A stretch of DNA of 48,079 nucleotides, taken from contig JASDTM010000116.1 of the NCBI GenBank assembly GCA_041891535.1, forward strand, positions 9,473 to 57,551. The letters are read 5' to 3'. Within the stretch, counting starts at the first letter, position 1. Each line of letters begins with the position of its first letter. Shown here one piece after another: positions 19,750 to 28,409 of this stretch. The DNA comes from Clostridiaceae bacterium. Its GTDB lineage: Bacteria > Bacillota > Clostridia > Clostridiales > Clostridiaceae. A program made the position numbers and the translations under genes. The notes below the pieces were generated by a model. The model had not been told where the DNA came from. It saw only the letters and a program-made list of their open reading frames with translations, and did not search any database.

Positions 19750-19884
19750 ATGTTGGAAAAGCTTAAGAAAAAACTGAATGATAAAATTGAGAAGATGGCT
19801 AAGAATAACGAAAAGAGATATGCAGGAACTCAACCTTCCTGATGCTCAGTCAACAGGCAGGTGCCTGGAAAATCGAATAAATAG
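19750..19884 (+). CDS. Putative 44-aa selenoprotein MLEKLKKKLNDKIEKMAKNNEKRYAGTQPS(U)CSVNRQVPGKSNK
   Basis: SD AAGGGTGAT; in-frame TGA 19840-19842 directly followed by TGC; SECIS-like hairpin at +11; TAG at 19882-19884 followed by a terminator. Confidence 0.7.
19854..19867 (+). promoter_or_regulatory. Candidate bacterial SECIS element
   Basis: CAGGC-AGGT-GCCTG begins after an 11-nt spacer following the TGA and has a G-containing apical loop. Confidence 0.6.
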
Positions 19885-19892
19885 CCTTGAAT

Positions 19893-19932
19893 AAAAATTT
19901 CCATCCTAAATTTATTTTAGGGTGGATTTTTT
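19893..19932 (+). terminator. Intrinsic terminator after the small ORF
   Basis: TCCATCCTAAA-TTTAT-TTTAGGGTGGA followed by TTTTTT. Confidence 0.8.
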
Positions 19933-19958
19933 CAAACATTATTTTTGGAGGGATATTA

Positions 19959-20351
19959 ATGGAAAAGCCAGTTTTTGACATTGGGAATAAAATGAATGAA
20001 GAAATGGAGAAGAACTTTGTAGGTCAGGCATATATAAACAGATTGACTGATATTGGTGTCGGTATAAGTAACGTAACCTTTGAGCCTGGCTGCAGAAATA
20101 ACTGGCATATACACCACATTGGCGGACAGATTCTTTTGGTAACCGACGGTGAAGGCTGGTATCAAGCCTGGGGTGAAGAGCCAAGAAGGCTTAAAAGAGG
20201 GGATGTTGTCAATATACCACCTGAGGTAAAGCATTGGCACGGTGCGGCAAAGGACTCCTGGTTTACTCATCTTGCAGTTGGAGTACCAGCAGAGGGTTCG
20301 TACTATGAATGGCTAGAGCCTGTATCTGATGAGGAATATGGCAGGCTTTGA
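19959..20351 (+). CDS. Cupin domain protein
   Basis: NVTFEPGCRNNWHIH..GQIL and IPPEVKHWHGA. Start revised to ATG 19959 (GGAGG SD). Confidence 0.85.
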   Translation: MEKPVFDIGNKMNEEMEKNFVGQAYINRLTDIGVGISNVTFEPGCRNNWHIHHIGGQILLVTDGEGWYQAWGEEPRRLKRGDVVNIPPEVKHWHGAAKDSWFTHLAVGVPAEGSYYEWLEPVSDEEYGRL

Positions 20352-20419
20352 TATTTATTTACATAATCAGTCCCAATGATTATCATTGATTGTGTAAGTA
20401 AATAGAGTGAGGAATTAAA

Positions 20420-21340
20420 TTGGAAATCAGACAAATCAAGGGCAATACTTATATTATAGAAACGAAGGTTATAACTATACCCTTCTATAAATTAAATGAA
20501 ACAGAGGTTATTCTATTGGACTCCGGCTGGAGAAAAGACGGGGATGAAATCAGAAAAACCTTGGAGGACAATGGCTTTAAGGTGAAGGGAATTCTAAACT
20601 CCCATTCTCATCCAGATCATTTGGGGAATAACGAGTTCTTCAGAAAAATGGATGGAGCTGTAACAGCTTTATCTGAGGTGGAAGCCTGGATTTATGCGTC
20701 CATATCAAATTTGAAGGTCTTCTACAATATTCTGACCATTCAGGAGATTGAGGAGGATTTTGCAGATATTATACACACTCCGGATATCCTGATTCCAAAG
20801 GGTGCAGACAGCAAAAGCTTTCTAGGGGTCGATTTTAAGCTATACCATTTCCCTGGTCACAGCGATGACCAACTGGCAATCAGAACACCTGACAACGTAG
20901 TATATCTCGGGGACCTTATACTGTCAGAGAAAACTCTAAGAGGTTCCAAAATCCCCTATGACTTTTATTTAAAGGAAGATTTGGTCAGCAAGGAAAGGGT
21001 AAGGTCACTTTCTGCTGATAAATATATTCTGGCACATGATGGAGTTGTGGACAGCCAGGAGGAATTAAAAGAGCTTTCTATTAGGAATGTAACCTTCTTT
21101 AAAAACAAAGCGAGACAAATCTTTGATTTGGTTGAAGAAAACTCCACCATGGAGGATATATTCAAAAAGGTCAAGGAAAGCTTCAATCTATATATAACCA
21201 CTCCGAAAAGATATGCAGTAGTCATCAGAATGCTGAGAAGTAACATTGAGTATCTGGAATACCGCGGTTATTTATATAAGGTCATGGACGACAGCTACGT
21301 CAAATACAGAAAAAATGTTCCTGATTGGGATAATTTTTAG
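20420..21340 (+). CDS. MBL-fold metallo-hydrolase
   Basis: LLDSG, HSHPDH, PGHS, GDL, LAH. Confidence 0.85.
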   Translation: MEIRQIKGNTYIIETKVITIPFYKLNETEVILLDSGWRKDGDEIRKTLEDNGFKVKGILNSHSHPDHLGNNEFFRKMDGAVTALSEVEAWIYASISNLKVFYNILTIQEIEEDFADIIHTPDILIPKGADSKSFLGVDFKLYHFPGHSDDQLAIRTPDNVVYLGDLILSEKTLRGSKIPYDFYLKEDLVSKERVRSLSADKYILAHDGVVDSQEELKELSIRNVTFFKNKARQIFDLVEENSTMEDIFKKVKESFNLYITTPKRYAVVIRMLRSNIEYLEYRGYLYKVMDDSYVKYRKNVPDWDNF

Positions 21341-21366
21341 AAATTACAACTAAGAGGTAAATATAA

Positions 21367-22710
21367 ATGACACAAGTAAAAAGAACAAATGAGGAGAAAA
21401 CAGCACTCCATAATAAAATAATCGTGGTTGATACCCATAATGACACCATGTCCAGGGTGATAAACACTGAAACCTGGCTTCCTGAGTTTGATTTAGGAGA
21501 AGATACCACCTTTCATATTGATATGAACAAGGCTAAAAAGGGTGGACTTGATGTGGCTTTCTATGCAGCTTTCACTGTTTATAAGGGTGAGGGTGATGAA
21601 AGATTTCCAAAGACAAACAGCAGAGTATTAGCCATGCTGAATGCACTTTATCATACAGAGAGACAAAATCCAAAGACCTTTAAAATAGCTAAGAGTGTTT
21701 CTGAGATTAAAGAAGCAGTGAAAAAGGGGTTACATGCTGCAGTTCCGGCAATGGAGGGTGGCTATGCTTTAGAAGAAGACAATGCAATGGAGCTTTTGGA
21801 GCAGTACTATGATTTAGGTGTAAGGTATTTAACCCTTGTTTGGAATTTTGAAAATGAGCTTGGATATGGAACTGCAACAGTAGAAGAAAAAGGACTTAAG
21901 GATCTCGGTCGTAGGGTAATAGATAAAATGGAAGAGCTTGGAATGATGGTGGATGTTTCCCACATGAATGAAAAGACCTTCTGGGATACTGCAGCCCATG
22001 CCAAGGGACCTCTTCTTGCCTCCCATTCCTCCTGTTCAGCCTTAATACCTCATGTGAGAAACTTAACTGATGATCAAATAAAAGCAGTTGCAAAGTCAGG
22101 GGGAACAATAAATGTAAATTACTGGGATGAGCTTTTGGCTAATCCTAAGAATACAGCCACTATCTCACATCTGGTAGACCATATAGATCATATTGTTAAC
22201 TTAGTCGGAGTTGATTATGCAGGACTGGGCTCAGATTTTGACGGAACAGACATCCCCATAGATTTAAAGGACTCATCAGAGCTGCCTAAAATTACAGCAG
22301 AGCTCGTAAACCGTGGCTATTCAGATGAAGATATTGAGAAAATCCTTGGTGGAAATACCTTAAGGGTATTTGGAGATGTGGAATCGAGAAGAACAAATCT
22401 AACAAAGACCATTCCAGGAATTTCAATAGTATCAGGTGTTAGGATGGGAGACCTCCTTAATGATTCAAAACCCACCTTTACAGCAGGAGTCACAGGTTTA
22501 AAAGCTGGTGGTGGTTATAAACTCAAGGTAATCCTGGATGGAAAAGCATTTGATGGAATCCTGGATCAAGCAGAAGGAGAGATAAGCTTTAAACCAAGCT
22601 TCGATCTTTTTAAAGGAGTTTTCCACGTACTGACCTTTGAATTATCAAACGGATTAAATGAAAAAACCAGGGAGACCATTATCTTCTACTTAGAAAATTC
22701 TGAAGTATAA
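21367..22710 (+). CDS. Membrane/renal dipeptidase family (M19) with a C-terminal extension
   Basis: DTHND, MEGG, VDVSH, ASHS, RNL, GLGSDFDG, KILGGN; about 105 extra C-terminal residues. Confidence 0.88.
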   Translation: MTQVKRTNEEKTALHNKIIVVDTHNDTMSRVINTETWLPEFDLGEDTTFHIDMNKAKKGGLDVAFYAAFTVYKGEGDERFPKTNSRVLAMLNALYHTERQNPKTFKIAKSVSEIKEAVKKGLHAAVPAMEGGYALEEDNAMELLEQYYDLGVRYLTLVWNFENELGYGTATVEEKGLKDLGRRVIDKMEELGMMVDVSHMNEKTFWDTAAHAKGPLLASHSSCSALIPHVRNLTDDQIKAVAKSGGTINVNYWDELLANPKNTATISHLVDHIDHIVNLVGVDYAGLGSDFDGTDIPIDLKDSSELPKITAELVNRGYSDEDIEKILGGNTLRVFGDVESRRTNLTKTIPGISIVSGVRMGDLLNDSKPTFTAGVTGLKAGGGYKLKVILDGKAFDGILDQAEGEISFKPSFDLFKGVFHVLTFELSNGLNEKTRETIIFYLENSEV

Positions 22711-22794
22711 AGAGCATTATTAGAATTATTTGGCATTATCTAGAATTACAGGATACTTAAAAGGAATAAGTATTTTGAATCAAATATGTTAATC

Positions 22795-22835
22795 AGTGAA
22801 ACACTCCGTTGCAAAATCCAACGGAGTGTTTCACT
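22795..22835. repeat. Perfect 17-bp inverted repeat (terminator or activator site)
   Basis: AGTGAAACACTCCGTTG-CAAAATC-CAACGGAGTGTTTCACT; no clear U tract. Confidence 0.7.
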
Positions 22836-22873
22836 ATGTTAACTGCCAATGCAAAGACTGGGTGTTGTATGAA

Positions 22874-22890
22874 TTGGCATGACATTTGCT
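22874..22890 (+). promoter_or_regulatory. Sigma-54 (-24/-12) promoter
   Basis: TTGGCATGACATTTGCT, with GG at 22876-77 and GC at 22888-89 (N10 spacing), in intergenic DNA and correctly oriented. Confidence 0.78.
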
Positions 22891-22940
22891 TAATAATTGG
22901 TTAATGAACCAGTAATACAATGCTTAAATATAGGAAGGGA

Positions 22941-24155
22941 GTGAGTATTATCAGTATTTTAGTTAAAAATGTAAAAAGACTTTTGAAAGATGGAATAGGT
23001 AATGGAGATTTAGCAGTTGGTGAGCAAATTGAGAATACATTTGAAGGGAAAGAGTACTCTGCCATATTCGATGGTGATGGATTGACCGCAATTCCGGGAC
23101 TGATTGATATGCATGTGCATTTCAGAGATCCAATGGATGTGGAAAAGGAGGATGTTATATCAGGATCAAAAGCAGCGGCTAACTCAGGACACACCTTTGT
23201 GAATTTGATGTACGACTCTGTACCTGAGCTTTCAATTCCGGAAACCTTGGATTATGTCCTTGAAAAGGTAAAGGAAGTGGGCTTGGTGGATGCTGAGCAA
23301 AGTGTATTTATAGGAAGGAAAAAGGGAGAACCAATTAAGGATTTTCTCATTAAGCTGGATAAAAGAGTCAAAACCGTAGTCATTGAAAGAAGTGCAAATC
23401 TTACTGGGGAAGAGCTTTTACTTGCTATGAAGCACTGCCATGATAATAACCTCCTACTTATGATTCAGGCTGAGGACAGAACAATATCAAACAATTATAC
23501 AGATATCAGTGAATACATAGAGTCAGTAAGATGCTGTGATATAAGTATGATCGGACCATATCCGATACACTTTACACATGCAGCAAGCTCAAGAGCAATT
23601 GAAGCCATGGTTGAATACCGGAAAATGGGAGGGCTTATAACAAGCGATATAACTCCTCACCACATACTTTTGGAGAATAATTCATTCAAAGTAAATCCAC
23701 CTATAAAGTCATCTGAGGAGAGGAAGAAGCTGGCTGACTTGATTTTAAACAAGGGAATTGAGGTTATAGCCACAGACCATGCGCCATTGTCCGAGGAGGA
23801 TTTGAACAGTGGCAAAACCGGAATAGTGGGGTTGGAGACAGCTTTTGGATTGATGTATGGAAATTTTGTGGATAATAGTCTTATTACACTCAGTGATTTA
23901 GTTGATTTAATGTCCTTGAATCCAGCGAAGCTTTTAAAGCTTAACAAGGGAAAGCTTGAAGAGGGATTTGACGGCGATGTATTTATTTTTGATCCAAATG
24001 TTGAAACTGTGGTAAACCCCGAAAATTTCCAATCAAAGTCAAGGAACACTCCATTCGTAGGGTCAAAGATGAAGGGACTTCCCGTATTGGTAATCAAGGG
24101 AGGTAAGGTTACTTATTTAAACGAGGCATATAAGGACAGACTGTCTGTAGTATAG
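22941..24155 (+). CDS. Dihydroorotase-like amidohydrolase with a divergent active site
   Basis: PGLIDMHVHFRDP, TPHH, KVNPP, IATDHAP, GIVGLE, SKSRNTPF. Start uncertain (ATG 22920 or GTG 22941). Confidence 0.75.
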   Translation: MSIISILVKNVKRLLKDGIGNGDLAVGEQIENTFEGKEYSAIFDGDGLTAIPGLIDMHVHFRDPMDVEKEDVISGSKAAANSGHTFVNLMYDSVPELSIPETLDYVLEKVKEVGLVDAEQSVFIGRKKGEPIKDFLIKLDKRVKTVVIERSANLTGEELLLAMKHCHDNNLLLMIQAEDRTISNNYTDISEYIESVRCCDISMIGPYPIHFTHAASSRAIEAMVEYRKMGGLITSDITPHHILLENNSFKVNPPIKSSEERKKLADLILNKGIEVIATDHAPLSEEDLNSGKTGIVGLETAFGLMYGNFVDNSLITLSDLVDLMSLNPAKLLKLNKGKLEEGFDGDVFIFDPNVETVVNPENFQSKSRNTPFVGSKMKGLPVLVIKGGKVTYLNEAYKDRLSVV

Positions 24156-24386
24156 GCTGTTTCCTATTTCTGATGGGAAAAAATAAATTACCAGGTTAAC
24201 TTCCAGTCTCTTCTGCATATTAACGGTGTATTGCTATATTGTTAATAAATACAATTTTATAGTATTGAACATCAGTAATCTTGGTACAATAATTTGAAAT
24301 AAATTAGAGTTGGACTGGATAGTTTGATTAAATATCAAAACACTTAATCCTAAAACCGAATTTTAAACCATCAGTGAGGAACGACC

Positions 24387-25730
24387 ATGAAAAAAATAGA
24401 TGAGTATTTAGTTGATATAAAAAAAGGGAATGAGTCCCAGTCTGAATTTCTTCAGGCTGTTGAGGAGGTAATCCATTCAGTTGAAGGGATTCTGGAGAGG
24501 GAACCAAAATATGAAAAAGCTTCAATAATAGAGAGAATTACAGAGCCTGAAAGACAGATTATATTTAAGGTGTCCTGGGTGGATGACTCAGGGAAAATAA
24601 GAGTTAACACAGGATACAATGTTCAGTTCAATGGTGTTTTGGGGCCATTTAAGGGAGGAATCAGATTTCATCCTTCAGTGAATCTTTCAATAATAAAATT
24701 CCTGAGCTTTGAACAGACCTTTAAAAATGCCCTTACAGGTATAAATATGGGTGGGGCCAAGGCTGGTTCAGACTTTGATCCAAGGGGGAAATCCGACGGT
24801 GAGATTAAAAGGTTCTGTGAGGGCTTCATGTTTGAGATGTTCAGACATATCGGTTCGGATATTGACGTCCCAGCAGGGGATATTGGTGTAGGAGGCAGAG
24901 AGATTGGATACCTCTTTGGTACCTTCAGAAGATTGACAGGAGAATTCGACAATGGAGCTATCACAGGCAAAAGCGTGGAATACGGAGGCTCAAGCTTCAG
25001 ACCGGAGGCTACAGGCTATGGCATAGCCTACTTTGCTGACAGTATTTTAAAGCACTTTGACGATTCTTTTAAGGGAAAGACCATAGCAGTTTCAGGGTAT
25101 GGCCAGGTTGCAGCTGGAGTAATAAAAAAAGTTTCTGATCTTGGCGGAAAGGTTTTGACCATATCCGGATCAGATGGCTATGTCCTTGACAAGGCTGGTA
25201 TAAAAGGGGAAGAAAAACTGAGCTTTCTAAATAAAATGAAAGACAATAAGAGTATAAGACTTAAAGACTATGCTGAAACCTTCGGTGCAGAATTCCATGA
25301 AAAAAAGAAGCCCTGGGAAGTACGGGCAGATATAGTTATTCCTGCGGCAACTCAAAATGAAATCGGACTTGCTGAAGCGGAGTTGATCATAAGTAACGGA
25401 ACAAAATATGTCATAGAAGGTGCAAACATGCCTTGTACAAATGAGGCAGTCAATCTTTTCGTAAAAAGCGGCTTGATTGTTGCCCCTGCAAAGGCTGCAA
25501 ATGCCGGTGGGGTAGCTATTTCTGGAATGGAAATGGCACAGAACTCCAGAAGGCTTTCCTTCACTGATGAAGAAATGGAAGATATGCTAAAAGACATCAT
25601 GTCAGACATCCATTCGGGCATTGTCAAAACCTGCGAAGAAAATGACATGGGATATGACTTGGTCAACGGAGCAAATATTCTTGGTTTTCAGAGGGTGGCT
25701 GATGCCATGATCAGTCAGGGAGTTTATTGA
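24387..25730 (+). CDS. gdhA: Glutamate dehydrogenase (NAD(P)-dependent)
   Basis: GPFKGGIRFHPSVN, FKNAL, GGAKAGSDFDP, DVPAGDIGVG, RPEATGYG, EGANMP, KAANAGGV. Confidence 0.9.
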   Translation: MKKIDEYLVDIKKGNESQSEFLQAVEEVIHSVEGILEREPKYEKASIIERITEPERQIIFKVSWVDDSGKIRVNTGYNVQFNGVLGPFKGGIRFHPSVNLSIIKFLSFEQTFKNALTGINMGGAKAGSDFDPRGKSDGEIKRFCEGFMFEMFRHIGSDIDVPAGDIGVGGREIGYLFGTFRRLTGEFDNGAITGKSVEYGGSSFRPEATGYGIAYFADSILKHFDDSFKGKTIAVSGYGQVAAGVIKKVSDLGGKVLTISGSDGYVLDKAGIKGEEKLSFLNKMKDNKSIRLKDYAETFGAEFHEKKKPWEVRADIVIPAATQNEIGLAEAELIISNGTKYVIEGANMPCTNEAVNLFVKSGLIVAPAKAANAGGVAISGMEMAQNSRRLSFTDEEMEDMLKDIMSDIHSGIVKTCEENDMGYDLVNGANILGFQRVADAMISQGVY

Positions 25731-25792
25731 TTAGTTAAATTATTAGCTATATCGTTATGAAATAGTAAATAAAAGAAAATTGTATAATTTAT

Positions 25793-25838
25793 GAAAGACG
25801 GTGTATTTCTGGGGAAATATTGCTGTCTTTCCTTTTTT
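25793..25838 (+). terminator. Intrinsic terminator after gdhA
   Basis: GAAAGACGGTGTATTTC..GAAATATTGCTGTCTTTC followed by CTTTTTT. Confidence 0.7.
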
Positions 25839-26390
25839 AACCATAATTAATCTAACAAATTATCGTTTATAAAGTGAACATCATAATCAATAATATAATG
25901 TCATTGATTAATAGTTAAATAATTAACATAGAATTAAAACGGTTTATATGTCCATATTGAAATATAAAACAGCATAATATTTCATTTAAATAAAATATCG
26001 ATATAATCCGATTATATTATCGTCCTAAGAAAAACAGCAGATCAATAAACTGAAAAGTTGTTAGTATCAGCTAAAAAATGCAAACAAAAGCTTTAGTTTA
26101 ACCTATGGTATTAGCTAAAACTGAACAAGCTCAGATTGAAAGTAAAAAAGCCTTCACTATCATAACAATTCAAAAGGTTACAAAACGGAAACATTGATAG
26201 AATCACATTTTATGAAAAATTTTTTAAAATAAAATAACCATTGGTACATGGTGGAAAATAGAAATATGACGCGAAATTACAGCTAAGATATTAACAAATT
26301 ATTATGATAAAACACAAACAATAGTTTACAATATATCGTTTACTCCTGTAATATTAGTAGTATAACAAATACTTAATGTTGGAGGTTATG

Positions 26391-27821
26391 ATGTCATTAT
26401 TTTTATCTTTTGCAGACACCATTAAGGAAATCAACGATTTCTTGAACGGTATAGTCTGGGGACCACCGGTTCTAATTCTTATAATCGGAGCTGGTCTGAT
26501 TTTGGCAGGAGTCACAGGACTCGTAGTTTATGGAAAGCTTGGATACATCCTTAAAAACACATTTGGAAAAATGTTCCAAAAGTCTGAGCAATCAGAGTCA
26601 GGTGTAACACCATTCCAGGCAGTTTCAACTGCACTTGCAGCTACAGTAGGTACCGGAAATATCGCCGGTGTTGCTACAGCAATAGTTTCAGGCGGACCTG
26701 GAGCAATATTCTGGATGTGGTTTGCAGCAATAATCGGAATGACAACTAAGTTTGCAGAGGTTACTCTGGCAGTTGCTTACCGTGAAAAGAACGAAAAGGG
26801 TGAGTACTCAGGCGGACCTATGTACTATATCAAGAATGGTCTTGGATTAGGCTGGATGGCAAAGCTGTTCGCATTCTTCGGAGCAATTGCAGCATTCGGT
26901 ATAGGCTGTATGACTCAGTCTAACTCAATAGCAGCAGCAATGAATGAAACCTTTAAGATTCCACAATGGATGATGGGACTTGGACTTGCAATAGTTGCAG
27001 CGATAATCCTTATAGGTGGAATAAAGAGAATTGGTCAGGTTGCAGAGAAAATAGTTCCTTTCATGGCAGTTTTCTATATCGTCGGTGCATTAATAGTATT
27101 ATTCCTAAACGCTGACAAGATACCTGGAGCATTCTCATCAATATTCTCAAACGCATTTACTCTTGATGCAGCAGTTGGTGGTGGACTTGGATTCACTATG
27201 ATGCAGGCAATCAGATTCGGAGTTGCAAGAGGAGTCTTCACAAATGAAGCTGGACTTGGATCCGCTCCAATAGCACATGCTTCAGCAAACACAGATCATC
27301 CTGTAAGACAGGGTATGTGGGGAGCATTCGAAGTTTTCGTTGACACTATCCTTATAGCTTCAATGACAGCTTTAGTTATCTTGACTTCAAATCTTAACGC
27401 AACTACAGACCTTAAGGGTGCAGCGCTTACAACAGCAGCATTCAACAATGGTTTTACTGGCGGCGGATACATAGTTACCTTCGGAATATTATTGTTTGCA
27501 TTTACAACAATAGTCGGATGGTGCTTCTATGGTGAGAAGTGTATGGAATACCTATTTGGTTTAAAATCCATACTTCCTTACAGAATAGTATTTATAGTAC
27601 TAGTATTCGTAGGTTCAATAACAAGCCTTGACCTTGTATGGGGAATATCCGATACATTCAACGGTTTGATGGCAATACCTAACCTAATCGCTCTTATAGC
27701 TCTTGCGGGAGTTGTACAAAAGCTTGTCAGAGATTTCTTCAAGGATCCGGATAGAATCAGAACTTCTACAGCGGAATACCATGACATGCTTAAATGGAAA
27801 GGACCGGGCAAACCCCTGTAA
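26391..27821 (+). CDS. alsT: Sodium:alanine/glycine symporter (AGCS family)
   Basis: TPFQA..ALAATVGTGNIAGVA, GGPGAIFWMW, GGPMYYI, RGVFTNEAGLGS, MAIPNLI. Start revised using GGAGG at 26381. Confidence 0.9.
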   Translation: MSLFLSFADTIKEINDFLNGIVWGPPVLILIIGAGLILAGVTGLVVYGKLGYILKNTFGKMFQKSEQSESGVTPFQAVSTALAATVGTGNIAGVATAIVSGGPGAIFWMWFAAIIGMTTKFAEVTLAVAYREKNEKGEYSGGPMYYIKNGLGLGWMAKLFAFFGAIAAFGIGCMTQSNSIAAAMNETFKIPQWMMGLGLAIVAAIILIGGIKRIGQVAEKIVPFMAVFYIVGALIVLFLNADKIPGAFSSIFSNAFTLDAAVGGGLGFTMMQAIRFGVARGVFTNEAGLGSAPIAHASANTDHPVRQGMWGAFEVFVDTILIASMTALVILTSNLNATTDLKGAALTTAAFNNGFTGGGYIVTFGILLFAFTTIVGWCFYGEKCMEYLFGLKSILPYRIVFIVLVFVGSITSLDLVWGISDTFNGLMAIPNLIALIALAGVVQKLVRDFFKDPDRIRTSTAEYHDMLKWKGPGKPL

Positions 27822-27850
27822 TTAAATATTGTAATACACCAAAATTTAAA

Positions 27851-27890
27851 CACAGACCCCCCCGGTTCTCCCCGGGGGGTTCTGTGCTTA
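27851..27890 (+). terminator. GC-rich terminator after the symporter
   Basis: CACAGACCCCCCCGG..CCGGGGGGTTCTGTG. Confidence 0.75.
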
Positions 27891-27974
27891 TAAAATAAAT
27901 AGCAAGACATTAACTTTCCTGATGGGAGTTACTTGATTTTTATTTTTCACAATCAGATAATATTAAGGAAAATA

Positions 27975-28020
27975 AAAAGCTGAACCCTTGATATACAGCT
28001 ATATCAAGGGTTCGGCTTTT
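27975..28020 (-). terminator. Terminator downstream of tRNA-Ser
   Basis: AAAAGCTGAACCCTTGATATA-CAGC-TATATCAAGGGTTCGGCTTTT. Confidence 0.75.
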
Positions 28021-28032
28021 AATGTATTCATA

Positions 28033-28121
28033 TGGCGGAAAGACAGGGATTCGAACCCTGGGATAGTTGCCCATCGCCGGTTTTCAAGACCGGTGCCTTA
28101 AACCAACTCGACCATCTTTCC
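28033..28121 (-). tRNA. tRNA-Ser (anticodon UGA)
   Basis: Reverse complement GGAAAGATGGTCGAGTTGGTTTAAGGCACCGGTCTTGAAAACCGG...GGTTCGAATCCCTGTCTTTCCGCCA; long variable arm, G discriminator, encoded CCA. Confidence 0.97.
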
Positions 28122-28139
28122 AAATCGAATGACTAAATA

Positions 28140-28169
28140 ATAATACCATTGAGGTTGCAAATATGTCAA
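28140..28169 (-). promoter_or_regulatory. Sigma-A promoter of tRNA-Ser
   Basis: Minus strand TTGACA-N18-TATTAT with a TG extension. Confidence 0.75.
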
Positions 28170-28409
28170 CATCTTTTTTGAATATATCTGCCTTCCGGAT
28201 TACAGTATTAGGTGTCGCACTCGCATTGTAACTTGATCATGTTATAACGTAGGTGTTTGTAAGTTGAAATAAAAACAATTTCTCCTTACAGATTTTTCAA
28301 AAAGAAGTACAGTGTCATCCTCTTAAACCGAATTATTGATTTGTCCTTTGATATAATTAGTAAGTATTTTAAAGAATTGATTCATCAGAACTGAAAGGGG
28401 GGAACAGAA

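Noticed and set aside
19887-19958. N-terminal extension of the cupin ORF in the ORF track
   Set aside because: It runs through a terminator hairpin and has no SD. ATG 19959 has GGAGG.
20420-21340. Metallo-beta-lactamase resistance gene
   Set aside because: It shows only the generic MBL-fold motif, has no signal peptide, carries a C-terminal extension and has no mobile context.
24387-25730. GDH with altered substrate specificity (GGAKAG and GYGQVA deviate from consensus)
   Set aside because: The glutamate-binding and catalytic residues (Lys in GPFKGG, FKN and AKA; PAGD; GGVxxS) are retained, so the changes look like ordinary divergence.
26242-26258. Sigma-54 promoter before the symporter (TTGGTACATGGTGGAA)
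   Set aside because: The -24 GG is present but the -12 TTGC is missing.
28033-28121. tRNA with a long variable arm considered as tRNA-Sec, given the candidate selenoprotein
   Set aside because: The anticodon is UGA (Ser), not UCA. The 89-nt length and 7-bp acceptor stem are those of an ordinary tRNA-Ser.
28170-28290. Short minus-strand ORF with an AAGGAG SD and an in-frame TGA, or a possible riboswitch upstream of MATE
   Set aside because: SD spacing is poor, there is no Cys/Sec motif or SECIS-like hairpin, read-through would run into the tRNA, and no known aptamer is recognisable.
27822-28409. tRNA as an integration site for a genomic island
   Set aside because: No integrase and no duplicated tRNA 3' end were seen in the window, and the flanking genes are housekeeping-type.
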